A DNA stretch of 64,000 nucleotides from a virus (taxonomy: Duplodnaviria; Caudoviricetes), in IMG/VR virus record IMGVR_UViG_3300005573_000008, positions 5,641 to 69,640 of that record; one strand, given 5' to 3'. Below, one piece after another: positions 18,688 to 28,070 of this stretch; within the stretch, counting starts at the first letter, position 1; each line of letters starts with the position of its first letter. Both the position numbers and the translations under genes were made by a program. The notes below the pieces were generated by a model that saw only the letters and a program-made list of their open reading frames with translations, was not told the DNA's origin and ran no database searches.

Positions 18688-19331
18688 CGAGGTCATCCAT
18701 GCAACCTCTGACGTACACCGTCGGCGCGCCCTACACGCTTGCGTCGGCCCAACTGGCCAGCAGCGGCTATGCCGACACGGCCAACGCCACCAGCATCGGC
18801 GTCGCCAGCGTGCCCACTGCGGCTCCAGCCCCGCTCACGCGCATCCTGCACGGCAGGCCACAGGCGGGCGACCTGCTCTTCTACAGCGGGCGCGGCTCCC
18901 TCGTCTCGCGGCTCATCCAGTGGTGGACGCACGGGCCGTATGTGCACTGCGAGGTCGCTCTGTCGGCGACCGAGGCGATTGGCGCGCTCACGTCCGGCAT
19001 TGACCGGCACGCCATTCAGCCAGGGTTCGTCCTCGTGCGGACCAGCAGCGTGCTCCAGAGCATTGCATTACAAACCGCGCTGGGCTGGCTGGAGCGGCAG
19101 GTCGGACTGCGCTACGGTTGGCCGGATATTGGCGATAACATCATCAAGCGGCTGCTGCCGACGCACGGCCTGTTCTTGGTAGACCCCCACGCCTTTGACT
19201 GCTCGCACCTGTGTGCCGACTTCCTGGTCGAGGCCGCGTATCCCGACGCGCCGACGCTGTTTGCCAACCCCGAAGCTATTTCGCCCAACGGCCTGATGCG
19301 GGCGCTGGTGGACGAGGAGACACGCGCATGA
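18684..19331 (+). CDS. Permuted papain-like (NlpC/P60 superfamily, YaeF/YiiX-type) amidase
   Basis: GDLLF...LIQWWT.GPYVH (His first)...GLRYG...FDCSHL (Cys later)...ISPNGL order is the circularly permuted arrangement. Confidence 0.8.
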   Translation: MTRSSMQPLTYTVGAPYTLASAQLASSGYADTANATSIGVASVPTAAPAPLTRILHGRPQAGDLLFYSGRGSLVSRLIQWWTHGPYVHCEVALSATEAIGALTSGIDRHAIQPGFVLVRTSSVLQSIALQTALGWLERQVGLRYGWPDIGDNIIKRLLPTHGLFLVDPHAFDCSHLCADFLVEAAYPDAPTLFANPEAISPNGLMRALVDEETRA

Positions 19332-19936
19332 GTACGGTACTCGCCCATGTCCACGAGACCACGGAAGGCGTCGCCACGGCAGAGTACACGCCACCCCATC
19401 CGCCGCGCAGCGAAACGCCGGAGTACGCCAAGGCGCACCGCTTTCTGGTCTATACCAAGAACAAGCCCTGCGAGGTGTGCGGCGTCACCCAGCGGACGTT
19501 GAAGAACCCCAAACGCAACCCGTTCGGGGCGACTGCTGTCGAGACCCACCATTTCCCCATAGAACGGTCGCTGGCCGACGCCTGCGATCCCGCCAAGGTA
19601 CACGAGGACTTCCCGCAGGTCTACGACCGCGCGACGCTGATGGCGTTTGTGGACAGTCCGGCCAATCTGAAAGTGTTGTGCTCAGTCCATCATCGCAGTC
19701 CGGAGCACGGCATTCACCATCTGTTGCCGCAGGACTTTGCCGTGCAGCGGTACCTGCTGGACGGCTACGTCATCGCGGGCAAGCCCGCAGACGCCGCCAC
19801 CATCGAAGCCACTGACGAACGAATCATGCAGGCCGACGGATTGGAGAACCCACCTGTCGCACCCACGCGTGCCCGCACGCCGCGCAGAGCATCCAGAGCA
19901 CGCCGAGCGGCCAAGGCGAAAGGCGTGGGCGCATGA
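19328..19936 (+). CDS. HNH-like zinc-binding protein
   Basis: CEVCG...ETHH...NLKVLCSVHH...GIH motifs; ATGA overlap with the upstream gene. Confidence 0.6.
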   Translation: MSTVLAHVHETTEGVATAEYTPPHPPRSETPEYAKAHRFLVYTKNKPCEVCGVTQRTLKNPKRNPFGATAVETHHFPIERSLADACDPAKVHEDFPQVYDRATLMAFVDSPANLKVLCSVHHRSPEHGIHHLLPQDFAVQRYLLDGYVIAGKPADAATIEATDERIMQADGLENPPVAPTRARTPRRASRARRAAKAKGVGA

Positions 19937-20262
19937 TCGTGCCCGGCACCGCAGTGCGGCTAGCGCTGGTGCCGGTGGAGCAGATCGTCATCACCGAGCA
20001 TCAGGCGCGCTACCCCGACCGTGTCCAGCATTACGTGCGATTGCTCTCCGATCCGGCAAATGTCGAGAACCATCCGGGCTTCATTCACCTGACGCCATAT
20101 CGGGACGATCTGTTCACCATCCTCGATGGTCACCACCGCTATCTGGCAAGCATCATCTGCGGCCGGGCTGAAGTCCTCGCACTCATTCTCGTCGAGCCCG
20201 AGCACATCGTTCCGTCGACACTCAAGACAGGAGACCAGGTACCTGGTCCAAGCCCTGTCTGA
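19933..20262 (+). CDS. ParB/Srx N-terminal-like domain protein
   Basis: FTILDGHHRY motif (I.DGHHR); stand-alone 109 aa. Confidence 0.7.
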   Translation: MIVPGTAVRLALVPVEQIVITEHQARYPDRVQHYVRLLSDPANVENHPGFIHLTPYRDDLFTILDGHHRYLASIICGRAEVLALILVEPEHIVPSTLKTGDQVPGPSPV

Positions 20263-20372
20263 CCCAGCGCTACCCGACTCGCGCTCACCGGTGGCTACTC
20301 CTCCCTACCGGTGAGCAACCGTGCCCCACCACGGTTTCCGTGCGAGCCGGGTTTTCGTGCTGATGAAAGGAT

Positions 20373-21155
20373 ATGCGCATGGCGACCATCCTGCTCGTGC
20401 TGACCAGTCTGCTCGCGATCGTCGCGTGGGTGCTCTTCCTCAGGACACGCTTTCCAGCCCTGCGATACCGGGCGACACAGCTCTTCCTCGGATCGACGCC
20501 CAGTACACCGCAGCAGCCGGAGCCGGCAGAGTCATCGCCCGCGCCATCATCGCCACTGTTCACGCACATCCGCCATCCATACGTGCCGCGCAATGTCAAC
20601 CACGTGCACGCGGCCGAGCGCCAGTCATTTAATCAGCGGCTGGCCGTCATCATCACCCGCGGCTTCGGCACGATGTGGGCCTTTTACGCGCTGGTCGCGT
20701 GGATGCTGGTCTGGATGACCCTCGCCACGGTCGGCATCTGGGTCTTTCGCAATGACCGCTACCCGTTCCCATTCCTGCTCTTCTGCTCGAACCTGATCCA
20801 ACTCTGGGCTTTGCCGGTGCTCGCGGTAGGGCAAGCGGTCCTTGGACGTAAGGCCGAGCTCCAGGCGGATGAAACCTACCAGTCTACGCTGCGGATCCTG
20901 CACGACAGCGAGCAGATCATGCATCACCTGGCAGCACAGGACGTCGAAGCAGTTGCGCAACGAGAATTGCTCAAAAGCATCCAGACATATTTGCAATCAT
21001 TACAGATACCACCCTCTGTCTCAGTGTCCGGCGTTGCAGATGCCAACTCGACATCGGCACCGACGGCCATGATCATCGCTGATCCCACTCTGCCTCTCGC
21101 TCGCTCTACCACCACGCGGAAGCGGCGGCGTAGAGTGGCCGCTGCTCAGACGTGA
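20373..21155 (+). CDS. DUF1003-like membrane protein
   Basis: F.QRLA..IT..FGTMW...DRYPFPFLLFCSN...PVL..GQ pattern with an extra N-terminal TM helix. Confidence 0.7.
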   Translation: MRMATILLVLTSLLAIVAWVLFLRTRFPALRYRATQLFLGSTPSTPQQPEPAESSPAPSSPLFTHIRHPYVPRNVNHVHAAERQSFNQRLAVIITRGFGTMWAFYALVAWMLVWMTLATVGIWVFRNDRYPFPFLLFCSNLIQLWALPVLAVGQAVLGRKAELQADETYQSTLRILHDSEQIMHHLAAQDVEAVAQRELLKSIQTYLQSLQIPPSVSVSGVADANSTSAPTAMIIADPTLPLARSTTTRKRRRRVAAAQT

Positions 21156-21175
21156 TTGCCGGAAAGGACCCAAGC

Positions 21176-22429
21176 ATGGCTCGTACGGTTGGTTTGTTCC
21201 TAGGTGCGGAAACGGCGAACTGGTCGCTTGCGCAATTCACCGATGCGGCACGACTCGCGCGGAGCCTCGGCTGCACGGAGCTGGCAGTCAAATGCGCTGA
21301 CGGCTCTATCGTCTGGTACGCGTCGCAAGGAGGTCTCAGCGCCGTGCGTGCGGCCTGCCTCACCGGCGGGCTCGACATGATCCCCTACCTGTATAGCTAC
21401 GGTGACAAGTTTGGTGCGCTGTCACAGGAAATCGCAGTCTGCAAGGAACTGATGCAGCTTCGGCCAGATCACGCGGCGATGGTGGATATGGAAGTCGAGT
21501 GGGACGGGCATGGCGACTGGGCAAAGGTGTGGAAGGATGCCATCGAGCCGGTGCCGAACAGCATCCTCTACCTTACGACCTGGGCCAACCCGGCAGCGCA
21601 GAACTGGCTCGACGTGATCGCTGCGATTCGTGATTGTGTGAACGTCTGGGTGCCGCAGGAATATGACACGTCCCTGGTCAGTGACGAAAGTCAGTACCCT
21701 TCCGGCCTCCATATGCAGCCTGCACTCAACTTGCCTGAGAGCTGGCCCGGCCCAAATGACCCAGTGGCAGCAGCCAAGACAGCCGTCGGCCGTGGCCACG
21801 ACGGCGTGTGGCTGTGGGAGTACGGCCTCGCCGTCAGCAATGAGAATATCGTCCGGCAGATCGCCGCGGTACTCGGCAGTAGCGGGGCCGTGGCGAGTGG
21901 AAACAGCGGAAGCGAAGGGACAAACGCAGTGATCACGATCGACAGAGACGCGCAGGGCAACGTCATCGGCGCGCACGACGGTACGAAACACGTCGGGGAA
22001 GGGTTTGCCAATCTCATCCTCAACAAATGGGAGTCGGCCAGCATCGCCCTGCCGGAAACCTATCTGCCCGGAGGCAATGCGTCGATTGCGGCTCTCGGCG
22101 GTACGGAGATCCAGACGCTGGTCTGGAGCACCACTGATGGGGCACACGCCTATGGCGGCAATCCCCTGCGCAACGCCGTGATGAGCCTGGTAACTGCCTG
22201 GAACACGGCGCAGGCCAGCGCCAAGAGCGCGCAGGATGCCAACGCCTCACTTGCCGCGGCGCGCAACAACCTGGATGCGCAGCTCGCCGCGACCCAGCAG
22301 CAAATCGCGACGCTGCAACAGCAGCTCACTACCGCTCAGAGCGCTGCCACTCCTCCGGCGGATCCGAATGCGACGGCAGCGCTCAAAATCATTCAGGCGC
22401 TCAAAGCGCTAGAAAGTCAGATCGCATGA
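21176..22429 (+). CDS. Endolysin, GH25-like TIM-barrel muramidase with C-terminal coiled coil
   Basis: Directly before the holin; LAVKCADG resembles the GH25 (F)IKATEG motif and VDMEVE contains the DxE catalytic motif. Confidence 0.6.
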   Translation: MARTVGLFLGAETANWSLAQFTDAARLARSLGCTELAVKCADGSIVWYASQGGLSAVRAACLTGGLDMIPYLYSYGDKFGALSQEIAVCKELMQLRPDHAAMVDMEVEWDGHGDWAKVWKDAIEPVPNSILYLTTWANPAAQNWLDVIAAIRDCVNVWVPQEYDTSLVSDESQYPSGLHMQPALNLPESWPGPNDPVAAAKTAVGRGHDGVWLWEYGLAVSNENIVRQIAAVLGSSGAVASGNSGSEGTNAVITIDRDAQGNVIGAHDGTKHVGEGFANLILNKWESASIALPETYLPGGNASIAALGGTEIQTLVWSTTDGAHAYGGNPLRNAVMSLVTAWNTAQASAKSAQDANASLAAARNNLDAQLAATQQQIATLQQQLTTAQSAATPPADPNATAALKIIQALKALESQIA

Positions 22430-22830
22430 CCATCACATCGCTTTCGGGCCTGCAGGATGCGCTCAGCACAGGAGCGCTCAGTGCAGGTGTCTCCGGCCTC
22501 CTGGTGCTCCTCGCGCCGCTCATCAACACGATCCCGGGCTTCCGCTCGAATGACAGTACACGCACCGTGCTCATGCGGATCCTGCTCTATGTACTGACGG
22601 TGGCAGCAATGCTCGCGCTGGCCTGGACGCAGAACATCGTCATTCCAAAGAGTACACTCCCGACCCTGCTGGGCGCGGCCGCCATCGGCGCGGGGGCGAT
22701 GCACCTGTTCTACACGTCGATCAAGCAGCAGGGAGCAACGAGCACAGCCACATCACAGCCCGATGCGCTGACGCTCGCGCAGGACGCGGTGCAGACAGCA
22801 CAGGCACTCGGCACACCCGCAAGCAAGTAG
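22426..22830 (+). CDS. Holin
   Basis: 134 aa with 3-4 hydrophobic segments; ATGA overlap with the endolysin; last gene before the terminator. Confidence 0.7.
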   Translation: MTITSLSGLQDALSTGALSAGVSGLLVLLAPLINTIPGFRSNDSTRTVLMRILLYVLTVAAMLALAWTQNIVIPKSTLPTLLGAAAIGAGAMHLFYTSIKQQGATSTATSQPDALTLAQDAVQTAQALGTPASK

Positions 22831-22871
22831 TCGCTTCTGGTAAAACGCGTCGAAAATATTCCGAGTACACG

Positions 22872-22906
22872 CCGCCCCGTGGGATCACTACCCATGGGGC
22901 GGTTTT
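22872..22906 (+). terminator. Rho-independent terminator of the late operon
   Basis: CCGCCCCGTGGG-7 nt loop-CCCATGGGGCGG followed by TTTT. Confidence 0.8.
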
Positions 22907-23007
22907 GTCGTTCGGGCGAAGACCGGTCATAGTATGTGTGATTCGGCGACGGCGCAGCCCACCTGGCTGCCTATACTCTCTAATCGCTATACCAGAGTCC
23001 ACCCTAG

Positions 23008-23529
23008 TCAGAACTCGTAGCGTTCAAGCGTTACTTCCCCGTTTTGCGCGATTAGGCGATGCCCGCCACCACAGTACAGGCAGCTAAACAGGTATTCCAT
23101 GCGCTCGCTATGCGCGAACATGCCGCGCTTCTCCGGTCCTTTGCGCGGACCATCGAAGAGCACACGCTCTGCCGCCTCTACAAAGTCCTGCTTGAATTGC
23201 ATCAGTCGTTCTTGGGTCTCTAGCTTGCACCGTGCGGGATCTATGCGACTGATCCAGAGCGCACATTCGCCCGTGCGCATCCAGAGCGCAGGGCGGACTC
23301 CTGTGGTTGTTTCCAATGGCAGTGAGCGCAACGCGCCACGATACTCTTTCTTGACGATGGAGAGCTGTCGTGTCCGCTCGACACCAATCACGCCGCACAT
23401 GGTGCGGAACGGCACATACCGCTCTTTCCGGTTGCCCTTTGGATAGGCAACCGGCACGACCGCATTCCAACGCGGCAGAGTCAATTCTCCATACACGAAC
23501 GTCTGTGCTGCAACTGCCATCAGGTACAC
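23008..23529 (-). CDS. Phage antirepressor N-terminal (P22 AR-N-like) protein with C-terminal Zn ribbon
   Basis: YVPFRTMCGVIGV...Q...W.....P.......L..F pattern; C-terminal CLYCGGGH. Confidence 0.6.
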   Translation of the reverse strand: MYLMAVAAQTFVYGELTLPRWNAVVPVAYPKGNRKERYVPFRTMCGVIGVERTRQLSIVKKEYRGALRSLPLETTTGVRPALWMRTGECALWISRIDPARCKLETQERLMQFKQDFVEAAERVLFDGPRKGPEKRGMFAHSERMEYLFSCLYCGGGHRLIAQNGEVTLERYEF

Positions 23530-23588
23530 CGGTTCCCTTCACTCATACAGATGCTATGCGGCTTTCTCCACACGCCGATGTACACCGG

Positions 23589-23801
23589 TTACCCCGCCGA
23601 CTGATCGCGTTCGATGGGCTTGGGCTTGAGATATTCTTCTACTTCCTCGTCCCGCAGGTATGTGCCACGGAATCCCGGGATAGTGTAACCCGTAAGCCTG
23701 CCCTCTTTCACCTGCTCATACCACCAGTTGCGTTTGCCCCTGTCCCACTTAGCCGGCGCCTCCTCAATATGCGTATAGCCCGCTGGTACTGTCGGCATCA
23801 T
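23589..23801 (-). CDS. Small winged-helix/excisionase-like DNA-binding protein
   Basis: WYEQVKEGRL.GY.IPG..GTYLRDEEVE resembles the Xis/MerR-type wing; RBS GAGGTG. Confidence 0.55.
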   Translation of the reverse strand: MMPTVPAGYTHIEEAPAKWDRGKRNWWYEQVKEGRLTGYTIPGFRGTYLRDEEVEEYLKPKPIERDQSAG

Positions 23802-23911
23802 CGCACCTCTCACAACTGCACGCGAATGTACGCCAGTGTTTGACATTGTATGTAGTCATATGGCATTATCTGTCACAAGCCGGTTATTTGTCAATGAGTG
23901 AGAGGTGCGTC

Positions 23912-24898
23912 ATGAGCGAAGCGGAGGCGGCACACGCGCCGTTACCTCCATGGTTCGAGAAGCTCCAGGATACCGTCTTTCTGAGCGCACTCATCCTGGC
24001 AGAGATGTTCGTCAATGGCCTGATGATGACTTACGGCATCGTGCCCAACATTAACGATCCGCGAAGCTGGGGAATCTTCGGCACCGTAGGCGTGGTGGTC
24101 ATGTTCGCGGCGGGCATGCTGATGGGCGGTATGTCGGTGCGGTGCAGTAGCGCGTTCTTCCTGGCGGCAAAAGACCATGATTGGGGGTTCGCCGCGGCCA
24201 ACCTGATTGGGCTTTTCATCTTCGGTATGCCGGAGATCTGGGCATCGCTGGTCGAGCGGTCAACTCACCTGCAGGTGAACGCGCCTGACCGGCTGGCGAT
24301 GTCGGTCTTTGGCGCCACCAATTGGGCCGTCACTCCTACAACGGTTTTCATCTCCGTGGCCCTGCCATTCGCCGCGGCATACTGGGGCATCTCGTCGCGC
24401 AAAGCCCCGACAAAGACCATCGAGGAGATCGAGGCCGAGCGCGAGCGCAAGCTCGCGGAACAGCGGGCAAGGAACGACATCAATGCGCTCAAGATGGCGG
24501 GCAAACGACGTGCGGAGGAAGCGTATCAGCACCCCGAAATGGTGGATGCATCCCCCGTCATTGAGCAGGCCAATGCGATGACTGGTACACCGGATAGTCA
24601 GCCCGATACTGCGCCCGATACTACGCCCGATATGCCGCCGGATGGGAGCGACGATCCCACCGGCAAGCGTCGCCTCAAAGCCGTGGCAGGCAGCCAGTGG
24701 ACACGCCACGAGCTGCAGGAGTATGCGCAGCGCAAATACGCGCAGAACATCAGTGACGAACAGGCGGTCGCTATGGTGCGGATGCTGGGCAATGGCCGGC
24801 GTATGGGCCGTGCTTATGTGGCGCATAAGAAGTCGGTGATGGCCGCGATCGACCGCCAGTATGCCCGTGCAACGGTAGAGGCCAATGCGGCGGGATAG
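23912..24898 (+). CDS. Multi-pass membrane protein with C-terminal helical DNA-binding-like domain
   Basis: About 4 TM helices, a coiled coil, PDT repeats and a C-terminal helical domain; TTGACA at 23840 upstream. Confidence 0.65.
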   Translation: MSEAEAAHAPLPPWFEKLQDTVFLSALILAEMFVNGLMMTYGIVPNINDPRSWGIFGTVGVVVMFAAGMLMGGMSVRCSSAFFLAAKDHDWGFAAANLIGLFIFGMPEIWASLVERSTHLQVNAPDRLAMSVFGATNWAVTPTTVFISVALPFAAAYWGISSRKAPTKTIEEIEAERERKLAEQRARNDINALKMAGKRRAEEAYQHPEMVDASPVIEQANAMTGTPDSQPDTAPDTTPDMPPDGSDDPTGKRRLKAVAGSQWTRHELQEYAQRKYAQNISDEQAVAMVRMLGNGRRMGRAYVAHKKSVMAAIDRQYARATVEANAAG

Positions 24899-24967
24899 TG
24901 TAACCGCATAGCGTAGTGATCGGCGACGGGCCCATGCGGCCGGATTGCCTCGCATGGGCCTCGTTGC

Positions 24968-25171
24968 TTAGTCCTCATCGGGCTTGGGTACCAGCCCCCA
25001 AGGCACCGTATCGTCCGACCCACAGCGGGGGCATTGTGTCGGGTCCACCTCGTCGATCGGGCCAAGATCAATCACCCCTTTGCCCCGGCTCTGCCCCACG
25101 CGACCGAACAGGTTCAGGCAGGACACGCACTTGAAGAGTATGGCGACCTTGTCGCCGGATTGCGCCGTCAT
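24968..25171 (-). CDS. Small zinc-ribbon protein
   Basis: CVSC...CPRC; RBS GAGGGG. Confidence 0.55.
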   Translation of the reverse strand: MTAQSGDKVAILFKCVSCLNLFGRVGQSRGKGVIDLGPIDEVDPTQCPRCGSDDTVPWGLVPKPDED

Positions 25172-25190
25172 CTTCCCCTCCCGTGCCGGA

Positions 25191-25505
25191 CTAGTCAAAC
25201 CGGCAATCCGTATCCATAACGTAGAGCTCACAGCCGTCATCGAAGCGCACCAGAAGCGTCGCGTGCGGCCCGTCATCCGGAAACATGCCGACGGCAGTAC
25301 ACCGCTGACCCAGATGGTCAAGTACGGCGCACAGGGTATCGAAGTCGTAATCGCCCCACGTCGTCATCGGGCAGCCAGCCAGCGCCACATCAAAGTCTTC
25401 CGGTGTGGTCAGCACGCGCCCGTCATCGAGCGTCCATTGGGTGAGCACACCCTGCGCGCCCTGCACGCGTTTCGTCTGTATCCCGTCGTTCGGACCGAAC
25501 GTCAT
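25191..25505 (-). CDS. Hypothetical protein
   Basis: RBS GGGAGG before ATG 25505; in operon with the SWIM gene. Confidence 0.55.
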   Translation of the reverse strand: MTFGPNDGIQTKRVQGAQGVLTQWTLDDGRVLTTPEDFDVALAGCPMTTWGDYDFDTLCAVLDHLGQRCTAVGMFPDDGPHATLLVRFDDGCELYVMDTDCRFD

Positions 25506-25551
25506 GGCCGTACCCTCCCGCAGTGGGGGGGATCCCCCCCACCGGCTCTCT

Positions 25552-25827
25552 CTAGAAGATCGTGTGCTCGGATGCGAGCGTCGCATGCACCAGTGCACGA
25601 TGCTTGCACATGAGGTCATGCTCGCCAGCAGGGCACGAGCAGAACAGCCGCTCACCTGTCACCAGTACGATGTACTGCTTGCCGTGGCCCGAGGCCGAAT
25701 TGACGAAGAAGAACTGGTTGCCCGTCTCGCGGATGTAGCCGCGACCGGCGATCGTGACATTCTGCTCAATGGCGCGATAGAGCGCGCGAGCGAGTTGGCG
25801 TTTGACCTCTGGCGTCAGTTCTTTCAT
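25552..25827 (-). CDS. SWIM zinc-finger protein
   Basis: Y.V......CSCPA......CKH matches the SWIM CxC...CxH signature. Confidence 0.8.
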   Translation of the reverse strand: MKELTPEVKRQLARALYRAIEQNVTIAGRGYIRETGNQFFFVNSASGHGKQYIVLVTGERLFCSCPAGEHDLMCKHRALVHATLASEHTIF

Positions 25828-26000
25828 GTTGTCCTCATACCTGCCATTGCAAGTTAACTACTATCAGTTCTTACATATAACTATTCCGGCAGTCCCACCC
25901 AAAACCGGAAAGTAAACTTGTGGTAAGATAGCGGGATAAGAAAACTGCGTTATCTGTGCGTCCGCCGCATGGGTTACGAGATGGGCGGGAGGGCATCCAA

Positions 26001-26225
26001 GTGGCACGACAGCGTAAGACGCTCAAAGAACTGCGTATCGAACGAGGCTGGTCACGGGAGAAGGTGGCCGCGTCAGTGCATGTGAGTCTCACGACGATCG
26101 CGAGCCTGGAGACGGGCAAGCATGAGCCGCGGATGGGCTTGGCCTGTGAGCTGGCCGAGCTCTTCGGAGTGGGCCTGGATGATGTGGCGTGGCCGGTTCA
26201 GCAACGGGGAAAACGTGAGGAATAG
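26001..26225 (+). CDS. XRE/Cro-family HTH regulator
   Basis: LKELRIERGWSREKVAASVHVSLTTIASLETGKHEP; divergent from the SWIM operon. Confidence 0.85.
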   Translation: MARQRKTLKELRIERGWSREKVAASVHVSLTTIASLETGKHEPRMGLACELAELFGVGLDDVAWPVQQRGKREE

Positions 26226-26369
26226 GTGGGGCGCACAACCACAGAGCACCAATGAATTGCCGAGCTGACTGTCCGCCACTGCAGGGGTAGGACTACGTGT
26301 TCTGTGGTAGCCGCCATACTGGGCAGTAAGCACACCGAAAGCAGGGCACATGGCGGCTACCAGGCTGAT

Positions 26370-27023
26370 TTATCTCTCTACTCGGGACAGCTGGACGAGC
26401 AATTCGAGTGAGCGGGCGATCGCCCGCTGGTGCTTGACTTCTACACGTGCTTGTACCATCTGAGCTTCCGCTTTCGCCAGCTCCCGTTCCAGCCGAGCAA
26501 CGTCTGCTGACCCTACAACCGGTTTGCTGGCGCTCTCTGGCAATTCTCGCTCTTGTGTAGATTCATGCTGTTCGTTGTCTTCAGCGCGCTCCAGTTCGTC
26601 TCGTGCGAGTTGCAGAGCTTCTCGCTTTGCCTTCACCCCGGGTTCATCTTCGGCAAGCGCACGTAAAGTGCCCTGAGCTGGTGGTTTCTGACCTCTACTC
26701 TCGTAGCTCTTTACCAATCGCGCTGTTGCCTCTGTGCGTGCCTGCCGATAATCCTCATCTGCTCGCTCGACTTTTCTTTCGGCGTGAGCGATGGCCGCAC
26801 TGCTTGGAGCGCCGAAGCGACGATATGCAAGGAATCTGCTCGAATGGGAGTTGGTGACATCATTTGCCGCGCTGGACGCGAGTTCTCTCTGTTGTTCAAG
26901 CCGTGATTCGAGATCGTCAACCGTTGCTCGCGCTTGCTCTAACACTAAAAGCGCCTGCTTGTATGCGACTGGCCATGCTTCGATACGACGCCATAATTCT
27001 GCGAACCGTTCGTTCTCTGCCAT
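26370..27023 (-). CDS. Hypothetical coiled-coil protein
   Basis: RBS GGAGGA; charged helical sequence; lower GC. Confidence 0.65.
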   Translation of the reverse strand: MAENERFAELWRRIEAWPVAYKQALLVLEQARATVDDLESRLEQQRELASSAANDVTNSHSSRFLAYRRFGAPSSAAIAHAERKVERADEDYRQARTEATARLVKSYESRGQKPPAQGTLRALAEDEPGVKAKREALQLARDELERAEDNEQHESTQERELPESASKPVVGSADVARLERELAKAEAQMVQARVEVKHQRAIARSLELLVQLSRVER

Positions 27024-27377
27024 AGTTATTTGTCCTCCGCTGTGGATGGCGCGTTCATTGTAGCATACATGCAGCAAAATGATGACTCAGAGGAAATGCC
27101 TGCATCGTGAGGCACGTCGAGTGGCGCCTACAGCAGTTTTTATCGATTGCTGGATGTAGACAGTCAAATGGCCCCTTCGCCATTACCACGTCGCTTCCCC
27201 GCTCTCTAATCGCCTATTTTGCTGCGTGCTCATGATGTACGAGTCGTTACCATCTGCCAGCTTGTGAAATATTTGTGATATTTGTGTTGCATTTTGCAGA
27301 AACATGCGGTACAGTTGTTCTATCGCTGGTGACCAGCGCGCCGCAAGGTCGACCGTGTGAAATGAGGTACAGGCTGC

Positions 27378-28070
27378 ATGGTTATGACTCGCGAAGAGTT
27401 CATCGCACTCCTGACTCCGAGGCAAATCAGCTTCTTCTCCTCTGCCATTCGTGGCGGATTGGCGGTCTACGCCAATCCGAACAACTATAGTCCAGAGGCA
27501 TTGCGTGACCACAGCAAGTCAGTGCGCGCTCAGGTCCGCAACGCGCACATCGTCAGCGAGGCACGGCGCCTCATTGCGGCCGAACCGGATCTGGGCATAC
27601 AGGAGCGCAAGATCCATCTTCGGACACTCTTCCAGGTTAGTTCGCAGGCTTTTGTTTCCTTCAAGCGACTTGATGAAGCGCTGCGTGGTCACAACTACCA
27701 GACATACCAGGCCAAGCAGTTCAACCGTCAGCTGTGGCCAGCTGACGCGCAGACAATCAAGTCCGGTGGGAATGGTGCCGGAGATGTCCTGCTGCGCCCC
27801 TCTCTGTGGACTCGCAGCGTCCTTCCCGATATGATCAACGTTTGGGCTGGTTACCGACCAGATTCCACAGAGACCCGGTTCGACTACTACATTGTGTGTC
27901 CAGATGGCGAAGCAAACGCCTGGGAGTGGCAGCTTTCGGAGGCGGATATCGCGGAACTGACAGCTGCGTCGCGTCCCGGAGAGACAGAAGCGGCGAAGAA
28001 GATACGCCGCAGAGTCATTCCACGCAAAGATGCAACAAAGAAGCAGGCGACAGATGGATCTTTGGAGTAA
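27378..28070 (+). CDS. Putative toxin of toxin/XRE-metallopeptidase pair 1 (RmrT-like)
   Basis: 230 aa, overlaps the start of the HTH-ImmA gene; assignment is from architecture only. Confidence 0.5.
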   Translation: MVMTREEFIALLTPRQISFFSSAIRGGLAVYANPNNYSPEALRDHSKSVRAQVRNAHIVSEARRLIAAEPDLGIQERKIHLRTLFQVSSQAFVSFKRLDEALRGHNYQTYQAKQFNRQLWPADAQTIKSGGNGAGDVLLRPSLWTRSVLPDMINVWAGYRPDSTETRFDYYIVCPDGEANAWEWQLSEADIAELTAASRPGETEAAKKIRRRVIPRKDATKKQATDGSLE

